Assembly (NCBI GenBank): GCA_973895155.1
Contig: OZ316895.1
Coordinates: forward strand, 3,583,659-3,647,658
Length of the DNA: 64,000 nt
From: Marsupella aquatica
Taxonomy: Eukaryota > Plantae > Marchantiophyta
Direction of reading: 5' to 3'
In this document: one piece after another, positions 42,001-54,957 of the stretch
How the letters are laid out: every line of letters starts with the position of its first letter
How positions within the stretch are numbered: the stretch's first letter is position 1
Notes under the pieces: generated by a model
What the model was told of the DNA's origin: nothing
Databases searched by the model: none
What the model saw: only the letters and a program-made list of their open reading frames with translations
Made by a program: the position numbers and the translations under genes

Positions 42001-42176
42001 TCGTCCTTGTCGTTTTCACCAGGTTCAAAAGCATGCAGGTCATCACCAGATTTGGCAATTGTAGGTATGACCTTCGTTGGAAGCCTCTCACCACACCGCA
42101 TAGGTCCAGCGATACTGCTAGTGCTTTGCTTCTTCTGCCCTAAACTCTTCCTGTCTGGGAGCCTGCTCGGCATCAA
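39100..42176 (-). pseudogene. CACTA/En-Spm TnpA-like (Transposase_24/Ptta-type) multi-exon gene, degraded
   Basis: Exon 40674-40070 encodes ILRNERWRFH...QWRKLVRYF.SDSGKRKSEQMTYARGNVQNFNLTGRKGF, a Ptta/En-Spm-like pattern. It has an acidic/Gly-rich N-terminus, a coiled-coil exon at 39742-39485 and a VLVEVVLEEDTP-type C-terminal piece, with stops and frameshifts. Confidence 0.65.
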
Positions 42177-44077
42177 AAATCAGAATAACATCTAGATTTC
42201 AGTAAGCATATGAAATATGAAATGAAACACATACAATTATGAAAGGACGCTGACAGAAGAGCCTGGATTTTAGCAAGCCTACAAATATGAAATGCAACAT
42301 AAACAATTCTGGATGGAGTTTTACTAAGCATACAAATTTGAGATGCACCATAAACAATCGTGGAAGGATGCTGACGAGCAGTGAGGAGGGTTTCATACAT
42401 TTGTTGTTGTATTTCCCGTTTCGGGGTTTCATACAGTAGTTGTCGTGGTTCCCTTCTCGTGGTCGCCATTTGTAGGCCTTCGCATGCAAAGCACCTTGAT
42501 ATTGGCAGAAATAGGAAATCTATGTCGAAATGAAAATCTAATGGGTGAAAACGCGCACCCGATCTTCAGGATTCACTTCCCTGTAATGCCAAAGTTTGCC
42601 GTCAGTACTGCCTATATATTGTGACTCACGGAAACACTCCAGGAAACCTTCAAAGCAGAATTTGGATCTAACAGGTGAGCTACTTGAACCCCATCTCAGT
42701 CCCCGTGAAGGTTGTCCAGAGAATGATCTCCTTCATTCCCTCTCTCGAAGGAGAAGTGGAAGCAGCCATTCTTACTTCCTGAAAGTAATCTGAGGTAGAT
42801 TTCGCTGAATATTGCTCCAGTAGGTTGCGAAGTAACGATTTCAAAAAAGAAATTGTGTAAAGTAAGCTTCCGAGGAAAGTGGACGTATGTCAGTAGTGCC
42901 CATCATCACTAGTGCCATCATCGGTACTTTGGACACACCGATGACCTTTCTTCAAGTTGAAGACATTGTCTCATGAGGGAACAACCTAGATTTTATCCTA
43001 TACCTGCCCTGGCTTGAAATGGTGTTATTTCTTCTGTTTTCAGTCGTCGTACTCTTGTTCACTAGCCCAAGATCTTCAGAGACTTTTATTCCTCTGCTTG
43101 ATACCTGTCTCACTCGACATTCACTAGCCCAAAATCTTTAGAGAATTTAATTCCTCTGCTTGATACCTGTCCCACTCAGCTTTCAATTCCAATACTTTTC
43201 ATGGCAATTTTGAACTGAACTACGATTGCAGACACTCTCTTCTCTCCTGGAAAACTGATATAAGCTCCCGAGGTTAGGCAACGGAGGCCTGGATTGTGGA
43301 CTGCTGTCCAGTCGCCTATGAATGGAGCGTCGGGCGTAGCATCGTGCAACAAGATTTGAAACCAAACATCCCAATGTCTAAAGCGAGTGAATTCAAGATT
43401 TGCAACCGAACATCCCAACGCCTACAGCGAGTGAATCCATTCCCCACCGGCAAATTTCTTGTTTGCACTATTAGAACGCAGGAGATGTCTTTCATTGAAG
43501 CAATCCTAGGCAGGGCTGACAGTGATCGAGGTCCAAGCTACAGCGAACTGCCTTTTGTGAATCTTTAGGGGAAGCGGCATTTTGTAAAAAACTGTCTCGA
43601 AAGTTCAGTAGGATTGAATGCAATACGACATGTGGTATAACGTATTTCAATGTGACTCAGTTGTCGACCGAGCTGGCAGCAATTCACACTTGTTCACCTT
43701 GTTAGTTTAAGGAGACTACGTGGACTTCCGCATTGAACCACCTCAACGTTCTGTCCGACTTTGTCTGCTATATGATATCATTTTTGAGTTTCTATAGTCT
43801 GGTCGCCCGACGGGACCCGAATCGGGAAATTCCGAAATTCAAATGACGGATTTATCCAAAATTCCGAAATCCCGAGATCGAAATTGCGAAATTGAACTCC
43901 TCGAATCCACATGCTCCGAAAATCTTTGCTGGGAAATAAATCTGTGATACAACGGAGGAGAGATGCCTCCCTCGTGCATTCGTGGTGATCTAGATAATAC
44001 AGCTTTGATTTGAGTCTGCTACCTGCCATGTGGTGTTGCTTCGTAAGCGAATCAGCGTTGTCGAGAAAAACAGTTCA

Positions 44078-46250
44078 ATGGCGTCAGATGTCAACAACGA
44101 CCCACGAATTTCAATGTGACTCCAAAATGGCAGCTCACATTTGTTCACTATTGTTAGACGAATCAGCAACGTTGTATGGTACGTGTGAACTTTACGGTGC
44201 GGATGATCACTGTTGAAAACTACAGTGTTCGAAGGGGACCCACAAGGTGCGAGGAGACAAGAAAGCTTGAGCAAGTCCGGGTCAGCCAAAAACAAGTTTG
44301 AAGAAACACTTTTCCTACAGAAACGAAGTTGAGATCACTCACGAGCGCTGAACCACGAAGAACCTTGCATGCACCTCTGCAAGCTCGACCACATTGAGTC
44401 AGGCAATAAAAACACTCCGTGTTGAATGGGCACTGCTGAGCTCCTCTGAGGCTCTGACGACAAGACAGAAAACTCCAGAAAACTCTCCAGAAAACTCCAG
44501 ATCCGTGATGACACCACTTTCGCACCTGACTGGACTCAAGATACAAAGCGATTACGCAGCATAATCAAATTACATGAGTTTCTGAAGGAGAAATTAGAAG
44601 ACTTGAGGGACTGGCATCAGCTACAGTAATTGCTCATCAGCGATCTGCTCCTCGATACACCCATGACCCATCTTCCCGCCACTCAAAGCAAAATAACGAG
44701 ACAGGAGTTCAGTTCCCGCTTTTGAATACATTTCCATCTCTAGGGGTTTAGAGCCAGCCACATGTCAACCCCACCTAGTTACAGTTTAGACGTAGGAAAT
44801 CAAGGGAAAATAGATTTCTTTTACCACATAATTATGCCAAGTTGCTTAGGTACATTTTCATCCCTAGGGTTTAGGGCCAGCTACATGTCAACCCCACCTA
44901 CTTACAGTTTAGACTTGGGAAATCAAGGGAAAATAGATTTAGTTTACCACTTGATTATGCCAAGTTGCTCTCTAAAAACTAAATCTCCTCAGTAGACTTT
45001 TGAGTTTTGCAGTGTGCCATTGTAATTATTGTCTTTCTTTTGGGAAGGGTTTAGGGTTTATTGATTTCATTTGATTCATATGCATTCATGTTTAATGCAA
45101 GGATTATGTATAGTTAGTATGTTTCAACATCCCAACACTACACTACATCCTTTGTGAAGTGAGTTACTGCAATACAGTAGTGAACATCTTGACCACGGTA
45201 GGAAGGTCCAACTATCCCAACCATGGTTACACCTTTGTTACCCACTTGACTGGTGGTAATTGGAGTTTAATTCTTGATGAGATGAGTTTGCACCCTAGAA
45301 GGAGGTGGCCAACCAAAATTTTGCTACTGGTTTCTATAGCAATGTCACTTTTGAATTTTTCAGTGCTTGTAAGGGTTATGGTAATAACTGCATGAAAATT
45401 GTCATGAAAAACTTTCTACTATTGTTTTGAACAACTGTACTTTTGAAAAATGGATGCAGGTCAAAGAGATGTCCCAAGATGGAGAACTCATTGCATACAA
45501 TAGAACTCCTCAGATATTGGCAATTAAACAGAAGGACAGGAATAGCTGGATACTGAAAATGAGATTCTTCAGACAATCGCAGGGGCTCGATGAAGTAGAG
45601 TTAAGGAAACTTGCAGAGTACCTGATTTAGAAAAGGAAAGTCTCTCTTTATCCAGAGAAAATGAATTTGAAAACACATGATCACGAAGAAGCGAAGAAAT
45701 GGACATCGTTCAAGAGTGGTGCCAGAGTAAGAAATACAGAAGATGTTTGAGGTGACTCTTCTGTATTCATTTCTGAAGAATTCCTTGATCTTTGATCTAA
45801 GGAATCTCACAAGGGAACAGAGAAGGAAAAAGCTCCACTATGTTTTGGAATTTTATCATTTGGATAATTCAAAGCTTCAATTATTCCGTAGAGAACTTAG
45901 GGATTCCTTCTTGAAAATGTCTCTCACAAAAGATACAGGTGCAGCTGAATTGATAGCATCTATCCCTGCACCCTTCAGGAAACTAGTAAAGGGAGCAAAG
46001 AGGGTCGTTCAGGAAACTGACAAGCTCACTCTTCGTTCAATGAATGGGTTCGGCGGCTCACAGTTTTTTAGAGATGTTGAAAGAGATACTACTGACACAC
46101 TTGATTTCATCTTTTTGGATGCTTTGGGAAATTCCAGTGAAGTCTCTTTTGACCAATTTTTTTACACTGCATTGCTTAAGCTAGGAGTCAACAGTGGCAG
46201 ACGTCCTCATGTAATGGTTCTCATCATGCGGCCATTAGATCAGTTTGTGT
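44078..46250 (+). pseudogene. Decayed gene of unknown function inside the transposon island
   Basis: Protein-like frames 44078-44700 and 45427-46250 (..LRNLTREQRRKKLHYVLEFYHLD..LDFIFLDALG..) are broken by stops and frameshifts; a 2 x ~124 bp duplication lies at 44727-44970. Confidence 0.4.
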
Positions 46251-46699
46251 ATAACACGATTTCGGACCGACCGAGAAGTGTGTCGGAGTTCTCGTTTAGC
46301 CCGATCCCATTTTTTTCTAAGGCAATTCAATGACCGATAAAACTGGCAAAAACTCTTCGAAACGCCACTTTCCTCCATTGCATCGCCGCGGGAATGCAGG
46401 GGGCGATACGTGCATCGGGTTTTACATTCCGTTAGTGAAAAAGTCTGAACTGCGAGTAACTTGGTCCGAACCGCGTAATCCAGGAACGACCACGCACTAA
46501 CCCAGGTAAAGGGGAAACTTAACCATGGTTAAGGGGAAATTAACCATGGTTTAGAGCATCTCCTATATAATTAAAGAGGAGCGGGCTGCCCATAAAACGT
46601 TTGCTTTTGCTAGAGCAAATATCTCCTGACTGAGAGCGAATACCAAACTCCCATCGAGTCTTACATTCCTCCCAAGCGATTCGACTCTTTCTACCGAAA

Positions 46700-47655
46700 A
46701 CCCGATAAATTTATCGGAACAGCCATTCCTGTTCAAGTTCTCCATGTAAGACTAACTAGTCATTTAGTGTAAAATGTCCAGATCCGAGCGAACTGCGATA
46801 AATTTATCGTATTCTGCATTCCTCTGTTGCAATCATTTGATCCAGTGTTTAGAGAGGTGTTGCCTTCATTCCGATAAATTTATCGGAGTCTTCATTCCTT
46901 TCATGGAAAGAGGAGTAATTGAGAATCCGATAAATTTATCGGAGTTGTCATTTTTGTGAAAGATTGAATTTAGGGCTTAGGTGTCTGAGGAAGTCATATT
47001 TTCAATTCGAATGCGGAGTGCGATAAACTTATCGCATCCTCCTATGCGAAAAACTTATTGGCGATGGCCCTTTTATAGTGTCTGTTGAGGGGTTGGCCCA
47101 CGTGTCCACTTTTGATTGGCTGTCACCCTAAACGACAAAATAGCAAAAAAGGGTATATTTCTTGGATTTCCAATTTCATTCTCACACGTGCATCGTGGCA
47201 AAATTATATATTTTTGAAATTGAAGCGATAAATTTATCTGATGTTGGTATTGCAAAAGTGGTTCCTTCATATGGAAGTTGCAATTTGAAATTGAAGCGAT
47301 AAATTTATCTGATGTTGGTATTGCAAAAGTGGTTTCTTCATATGGAAGTTGCAATTTGAAATTGAAGCGATAAATTTATCTGATGTTGGTATTGCAAAAG
47401 TGGTTCCTTCATATGGAAGTTGCAATTTTGAAATTGAAGCGATAAATTTATCTGATGTTGGTATTGCAAAAGTGGTTCCTTCGTATGGAAGTTGCAATTT
47501 TGAAATTGAAGCGATAAATTTATCTGATGTTGGTATTGCGAAGAGTTTTCTTCATATGGATAGGAATTTTGAAATTTAACCGATGAACCGAAGGATCTTA
47601 GTATTATCGATTAGTATTTTTGTCGCCCGTAGTTTTCGCGATAATTTTATCGGAC
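46700..47655. repeat. Array of GATAAATTTATC palindromes including a 5 x 71-72 bp tandem repeat (47213-47577)
   Basis: CGATAAATTTATC-type motif at ~46703, 46796, 46872, 46928, 47022 (variant), once in each tandem unit, and ~47639 (variant). Confidence 0.92.
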
Positions 47656-48184
47656 TGTGCATTGCTGTTGAAAGAATGGCATGTTGACTGTGGTCACTTG
47701 CGGATGTAACTGGTCAATTGCGGAGGTAACTGCAAGGTAAGTTTGACAAACCGTGCAATAATTCTTATCGACTGTGATGTAAAATATTTTTGGTAAATAT
47801 TCAAAAACTGAGAAAACTGAGATTGGGTCGGAGCTTTCATGGCTCAAATCCGGAGTCCGATACAGTTATCGCACTTGGCTCGAAACGTGGATATGGATTT
47901 ATAGATAAGACCTTTCATATATCTTCGGAGAGCGTGAATATGAGGTTGAGAAGAAAGTTTTTCGGATCTAATTGTTCCTTGATAATATGAATGTTTGTTA
48001 GCATGAATTTCATTGGTTTTGATCATTATTAAATTTGCTGTTTCAATCCGAACTCCGATACGAATTACATTATTTCCCCAAAAATGTGTTTTTGATGAAA
48101 AAAACTGCCGATTTCGCGAGATTCAGCGGAAAATGAAAATACACTTCTCGTTTAGAGGAAATAGTTCTCGTTCGGTCCGAAATC

Positions 48185-51100
48185 GTGTTGTATGAAGGCA
48201 ATGTACAATGTCCATGGGTATTTCAACATACAAACCCAGTATACTCAACCAAAAAGGCCAACCTCCGTGGAGAGAGAAGATATGGTAATGGGAAAAGACG
48301 GGAAGGAGACCTTTCTTGTTTTTATCATGAGTCCATAGTTGACTCTAACAACACAACAAAGATGTCAAAAGTGATATTGGAGAGTGTTGTGGGAAACTTT
48401 GAGAACTTTGGAGACCTAGAAAGTGATACTTTTGCAGTCGCAGGCAAGAAACCAAAATCTTTTTTTGAATACTTGACAAACCTTTTGATCTCTTTGGAAA
48501 ATAAAGCTACATGCTTTAGAGAAGGAAGAAACCTCTTGGAGTGCCCTTAGTTTGGTAATTCCTAAGACCTCTTTATGTGAGAATTGTGCCTATATTATTG
48601 TGAGGGTTTATGATTCTGAAATTCCATTGCTTGTTCCGCAGAGCAAAGGAGTCTCCGTCAAATCTTATTGCTCTGAAGAAAATCATCGATCAACTATCAA
48701 CTCTTTCCATACGATGTACCCAACAAAACAGCAAGCTTCCCAGGTTGACGTTGAACGAGCATCAATTGAGAACATTCTACAAATGAAGATTGTGAAAGCA
48801 AGGGTAAATTGGGTTGTACGAGATGACCTTAATTTACGACACTCTCAAAGGAAGCTATCAGCTGGAGGATGAATATATTGAAAGGGTGTTCAGAGAGTAT
48901 GAACTTGATGAACCAGACATCGAAACCAGGGATCTATGGAAAATTCTCCCTTACAAATTTCCTACAACAATGCCGGTCGGCCCCCTCAAAGGTAAGATGC
49001 ATGTCAGAGTAGACTCACGGACCATGGTCCTCCATCCACTCACATTATTTCCCAATTTGAACCAGAGAATTTATTGATTGTTTGGAACTTAAAGCCAGGA
49101 CAGACACATACGTTTGTCAGGGTGACCCGGATGGACACATCTGTGTTACAATGTAAGGTTAATTACCATTAACATGGGAAAGTTGTGATTACTGACTTTC
49201 GTTAACGGAAGGTCACCGGAACCTAACCCTCCATCATGTTTTCTTCCGTCACCTGACTACCACCAAAAATGCCGCGGGATTGCTCTGGCTGTCGAGTGTG
49301 AACCTGAGTACCTCCCTACCAAAATCGCCACAGAATCGCGCTTGCTGCCAAGTGTTGCATCAACACAATAGATAATGGATTGAAGTGGGTTATGCCCAGC
49401 CCTAGTCCCGATCATGTACCATTGTCACAGGCACCACATACATTCTACATGATCCCAGGCTGCATTGCCCGAAGATTGATAGAACTTGATGCAATCTTCG
49501 GCTTCAAAATCTTCAACTTCAAAATCTTTCAATGTTTGGCTGCAAAGTTAACCATACACCACCTGCCACATTTCTTATGTTTTGGCAGCGAGTCCTTTGA
49601 ATGTTTGGCTGCAAAATCATACATTGTGAGCGGGACTGTGAGCCATGATAATTATGTGAGTACTGAAGGACAACAAATTGTAGGAACATTGGCAGCAAAG
49701 CTTGACATTGTGGATTGATGATTATGGATGCAGTGCCTGCGAAGGCCTGGAAAGATGGTTGCGAACATCAACCTTAAAGGCCACGAACTTGCTTAGCAGA
49801 TGGATAATTAGTTGGCTGATGATTACCAGTGCCACACATTAAGCCCAATTTTGCTTTCATCACTGGACTTTGAAGGGGAATGCCAAACCAACAAACTCAC
49901 TCCCTACCAAAATTGCCTATGGAACTCACTCATTCCTTGCAAAATCAATCTACACAAGGAAGCAAGTACAACCCGAGATTGTGGGATTGAGTGACCAAGT
50001 GCTCAGTTGTTGGAGAGAGAGATTTTGGCTGGGAGCTAACACCGGCTGCAGGAAGGCAAATCTAATTCCACATTAAAAAATATGGAGGTGAACTGCTAAG
50101 AATGTAAACATGCTTCTGAGCTTGTGATGGTACGAATTGTGGTATAGAGTGGTTTCAAAGTGTCACTTGTGATGCATAATGAAGCCGGTGCAGCAGACTG
50201 TCACCAGTCTTATTGATAAAGTCTTCAGGCTTATCGATTGTCTCTTGTAGCGCAAGGATGCTGAGATCGATACACAGCGAACCTATGTGCATATGACCCC
50301 TAGACAAGGTTTGCAATTTCCTGTTTCTTTGCCCCGATGGACATTGTGAGGACTTAAACAAGGAACCAGCCCGATGGACAGACCACCGGAAGAACCAATT
50401 GAAAACTGGCTAGTCCCGGTAAGAGACCTCCTTACAAGTAACTTAGTGACAAAAATGGAAACTAAGGTTGTTATGCAAGCAATTTCTTAGGTTCGGCTTG
50501 TGTCCATCCTGTTTGTGTTTGTCCATCCGGGCTTTTTGACAAACGTGTGTGTCTATCCTGGCTTTAAGTTTGATTATTTGAATGTATTACAGGTATTGAA
50601 AAGGTGCAAGATTCCAGTGAGGAGTCTGATGATGACTGTCCCCATGAGTCAAAGGAGGGGAGATCAAAACAAAAACAGGATACCCAAGAAAAGAAAACAG
50701 GGAAGACCTTAGCTCATGAGTATGATTATGGAGAAGCGGGCCCTGAAGGAGAGGATGCGGATAGAGTATCATGAGCTACCCAAGAAAAGTAGAAGAGGGA
50801 ATCAGAAAAATAAAATAAAAGAGAAAGTTACCAAAGCTGAAAAGAAGAAGTCCTGAGCAACTGCAAGGGGGGAAAAGAAGAAGAATAGAAAGGATATAGT
50901 ACTTAAAGAGCAGGAAGAGAATCTTGAGAAAATGCAGGGGCATCCAACCAGAAAGAATTTGAGGGGGATGAAGAAGAAGGGGTGACCAATGTGGACCTAG
51001 GAGACCAAAAAGAAGGTGCTCAGGGAGAGGATGGAAAAGATCATGATGGAGAGGGGATAAATGCAAATAAAGAGGATCAAGGAGAGGATGGAAAATCTCA

Positions 51101-53510
51101 GGATGGAGAGGAGATGACTGCAGATGAAGGTGATCAGGGAGGGGATGGAAAAGATCAGGATGGAGATGAAAAAGAAGATGGTCTGGGAGAGGATAATGAT
51201 AAGGATGGACCAGGGATGAATGGAGAGGAGGAGGAGGACAAGGACAAGGATGACGACAAGGGGAACAATGGGCGCACGGGGGAGAACAATGTGAGCAGCG
51301 ACTACAACCAGCAGAATGAGAAAAAGAATGATGAGGATCAGAGCAGCAAAGGAGAGGGGGCAGTGAGGAGAAGGACAATTTTGCTACGGATGAACATTAT
51401 GCTGACTTAGTATGCTGACTTAATGCTTGACCTTAGGCTGTAAGTATTATTCCATAAACCATGATTGTTCCTTTGAATATATCAAACATTTATGTGGAAT
51501 GATACTAACAAAATATGTTAATGAATCTTCCAGATGAACATTCCAGGAGACTTGACTGGAAGATTAAAGGGTTGCAAACATCGCAAGTGTCCGCAAAACT
51601 TACAACATCTGAGTTGAGATCATTCACAAAATATAACTTTGAAAAAATTTCCAAAAGTCCATACCTTACCAGCATGTAAAAAGGCCAGCCATCCAAAGGT
51701 CAGAACAAAGACCAAGAATGTCATGGTCTTTTGGTGCTTTTAGGGTTGAATGAAATGACTTTAATACTATTTCCCAATATAAATTATTTACTGCCTCCTT
51801 GACTGTGAATGTTTTGCCTTGTAATTCCTATTCTTGCTCCTTGTTCCAATGTTTTGCCTCAAAATTCCTATTCTTGGTCATTGTTCCCTTCATGGTTTTT
51901 GCAAATAAAAAACAATTGCACAAAAAATAAATCTAAGATCGTAACTATCCCTTCTAATGCAGAAGGAGGTATTGTCTTTTGATATATCTAAGCAGATTGT
52001 AATTGATGACTCCCTCAACAAACTTTATGATCAGAAAAAGAGATACTTACAACAATTGGAGAGTTCCAAATTACCAGATTGGCAATCAGTTGCTTGAGTC
52101 CTAAGTAGGGAATGGCTTAATTCTGAGATTGTGAGCTCTTATTTCATTTAATTAAAAATGAGAGAAACTACAACTTCCCCAAAATGTCACTTTTACAAGA
52201 CATGGTTTTACTAATCACTAGCAGGTAGAGGTTACAAATACAATTCTGGGATATCCAGATGGACAGCTAAAGTGGGTTATATAACATTTCAGTGTGATAA
52301 AATCTTGTTTCCTATTCATCGGCCAGCAGAGTCTCATTGGGCACTCGCTATTGCTGACCTCAAGGAGAAAAGTCTTAAATATCTTGACTCTTTAATTTTC
52401 ATGAGGATGAAGCCGAGTTGAAGTCAAAACCTAAAGTTAACGCTATCTCTTGGTCGAGATTTTTTCCTAAAGATATTCCTAGGCAGACTGATTCATTTAA
52501 CTGTGGAATACATGTGCTTCATTATGCAAACATGTATAGTTTAGGAGCTCCATTGGATATTTCTAGTACTGGTGTTGACTCTTTAAGGCGAGAAGTTGTT
52601 TTCCAATTATTGAATAAAAAAGTGGACTAAATTTCCTATTTGCTGAGGAAAGTCATAAATAAATAACAAATGGTCAATATGACCATTATTATGGTGCAAA
52701 GATAAAAATAGATGTGCTGGTTTGACCAGGGCTATAATTATCGTAATTTAGTTCCTACATCAAGTCTTGCAAACATCTAGATCAATTGAAATAATCTGTT
52801 TTAGTTTTATTTTTAAATTTTTTTACAGGTGTGCTATTCAGGGGCCAAAAGATCACTTGTTCTAGTGGCCGAGAGTGTTCTCCTCCAAAGCTTGGATCAA
52901 CTTAAAGAGAGCATCTGCCCCAGACCTTGTGTCCATGAGTTTCTGGGATTCTGTTTCAAATATTATGACGGTGGATTATGGTCTTGGATGCCTTCAAGAA
53001 AACTTTCTGCTCAGTTGAAGATCTTATTAAACAGAGAGGAAAGAAAATCTTTGAAATTTGTTTGGGGAAAAGAGAAAACTAGAAAAATTGGTTATGAAGA
53101 AACATCTGGAAATGCTATATATTTTTATTAAGCCTATGAAAGACCTCTTTGAAAAATGACCATTGTACATCCAGAAAAATAATTTTTCTTTTGGATAATT
53201 CCCGCTTTAGGACCTGTCATAACTCCTTCTCTTTTTTATACCCATCTCCATATCTTGGATGTGAAAATGATTTGTTTTTTAAAGACATCTTAATTCCCTT
53301 CCTTGCCAAACTTGTGGGGAAACTTGCTACATCTAGTTCAGGAACCTTATGTGAGTATATTGAGGATAATTATCCTTCGTGGTCAACAACATCTTCAATC
53401 AGTGATTTGAAAAAAAAAGATTAATTGGAAACAGAATAGATCCATTTGGGAAAAGGCAGACCCAGAGCATTTAAAACTATTTCATGACTATGAATTCAAG
53501 TTTGCGATGT
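48185..53510 (+). pseudogene. Decayed multi-exon transposon-associated gene(s) with an acidic D/E/G-rich segment, a Ulp1 domain and unknown domains
   Basis: Successive broken frames at 48185-49160, 49700-50420, 50590-51390 (acidic low complexity) and 52830-53510, with several GT-AG boundaries. Confidence 0.45.
51960..52630 (+). pseudogene. Ulp1-like SUMO protease (peptidase C48) domain, pseudogenised
   Basis: REWLNSEIVSSYFHLI, CHFYKTWFY, KILFPIH..ESHWALAIADLKEKSLKYLDSL, then in a shifted frame DIPRQTDSFNCGIHVLHYA. The His/Asp/Gln/Cys residues are retained, but in-frame stops and a frameshift are present. Confidence 0.88.
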
Positions 53511-54069
53511 AAATGACTCTTACTTCAAGTGTAGTGTAGAAATGTAGTCTATCGCCTTCAAGAATTACAAGTACGTTGATATATTTAGCTTTGGAGCTTA
53601 TCATTGTTTATTTAGAATATTACTTTCTACTCTAAGTACATGGAGACTTCGAGATTATGAATATATCAATAAAACTTATCTTTCTTATTTTGCATTATTC
53701 CATGTAGTCATATTGTGTTATGTCTTATCCACTTTTGATTCATCATTTGCTGTTCTTGTGTTGATTTTTCCACGATTAATATATAATAAAATAATTTTAA
53801 TCTATTATATATGTGTATTTAGGGAAGACCAGAATTTAGAAAAGTCAATATTCTCTAAATAGGGGTTTGGAGCTTGTGTCAGACTGTAAACTCTGGCTCC
53901 TCCTTTGCTGAGGCTTTGCTCCACACTCAAACACTTTAGACTTGGTTCACATTCACCATAGCTCCCTTGTTTGATGTTTTGAACCACATATCCTATTTTG
54001 GTTGTACTTTTGAACCCAACTCATTGTCTATTGGGGGGATGTTCACACATTTTTTTCTCCCTATGATTA

Positions 54070-54690
54070 TGAAATGTAGATATAGTATGCTCATCCTGGA
54101 ACATGCTTCCATTTTTGTTTTTTAGCGATATACAGATGTTCTAATTAAAATATAAACAGGACATTGACTAGGAAGACTTAGAGTCTATGATATTGAAACT
54201 TGTGCACATAAGGTACAAAAATAAAAGTACACATATAAAGAAAAATAATAATGAACATGAAAATTTAAGTTTATGGTATTGGGATGTGCACATAATGTAC
54301 ATGAGTAGAGATACTTATGTACTTACTTTAGGTAATGACACTCAAAATAATTAAACCCATAAAATTAGGACACAAAACCATGAGTAGTACTTAAAGACAT
54401 AAGGTGTGCACATTATTTAGATTATTTCTTCTGTACTCATGAGAATAAGGGCTAGAAATTCAACCACCTTTGTTACAAGGTGGATGATCTTAAAATATAG
54501 CAAAGATTTAAAAAAATTAGAGGGGTGCCAGAATAAATTGGAAATCCAAACTATACAAGGGATGCACCTTGGTAAGACACATTGAAATAAAAATGCATAA
54601 CAAAAGAAGTTTGAATAAGACAAAATACTGAAAGTTGCATTCACCATTATAGTTACTTCAAAAAGTAGATTAGAGTGTCTGGTTGTTCAT
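54070..54690. repeat. Right arm of the long diverged inverted repeat (partner at 37690-38390)
   Basis: See the left arm entry. Confidence 0.8.
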
Positions 54691-54957
54691 TCTCCTGAAT
54701 AAAGTGATCAGGTCTAGGGTACCCTATTGCAACAGGCTGTCAATTCAAGTCAACTTATTCCCTTGGAAGATCGATCAAACTTTGTGTAGCTCTGCTATTT
54801 ACACAGGATCTTCACGGTGCTCCTTTTCACCCAATACCCAACCAAATGAACCAAACGGATAAAGCATTTTATGATTGCCCTCCCTACCCTATTTCTAAAA
54901 TTTTAGCTTCCAAATTCAAGCCCTTGTCCACCAATTTTAATAGGAAAGATGGTCACG

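Noticed and set aside
47213-47577. CRISPR-like look of the palindromic tandem repeat
   Set aside because: Units are near-identical along their whole length with no unique spacers; the context is eukaryotic and there are no cas genes
50776-51378. 200-aa His/Pro/Leu-rich minus-strand ORF
   Set aside because: Antisense shadow of the purine-rich acidic segment on the + strand
45136-53540. CACTACAC at 45136 and GTGTAGTG near 53530 as CACTA termini
   Set aside because: Very short match, no 3-bp TSD confirmed, and it would exclude the TnpA-like gene
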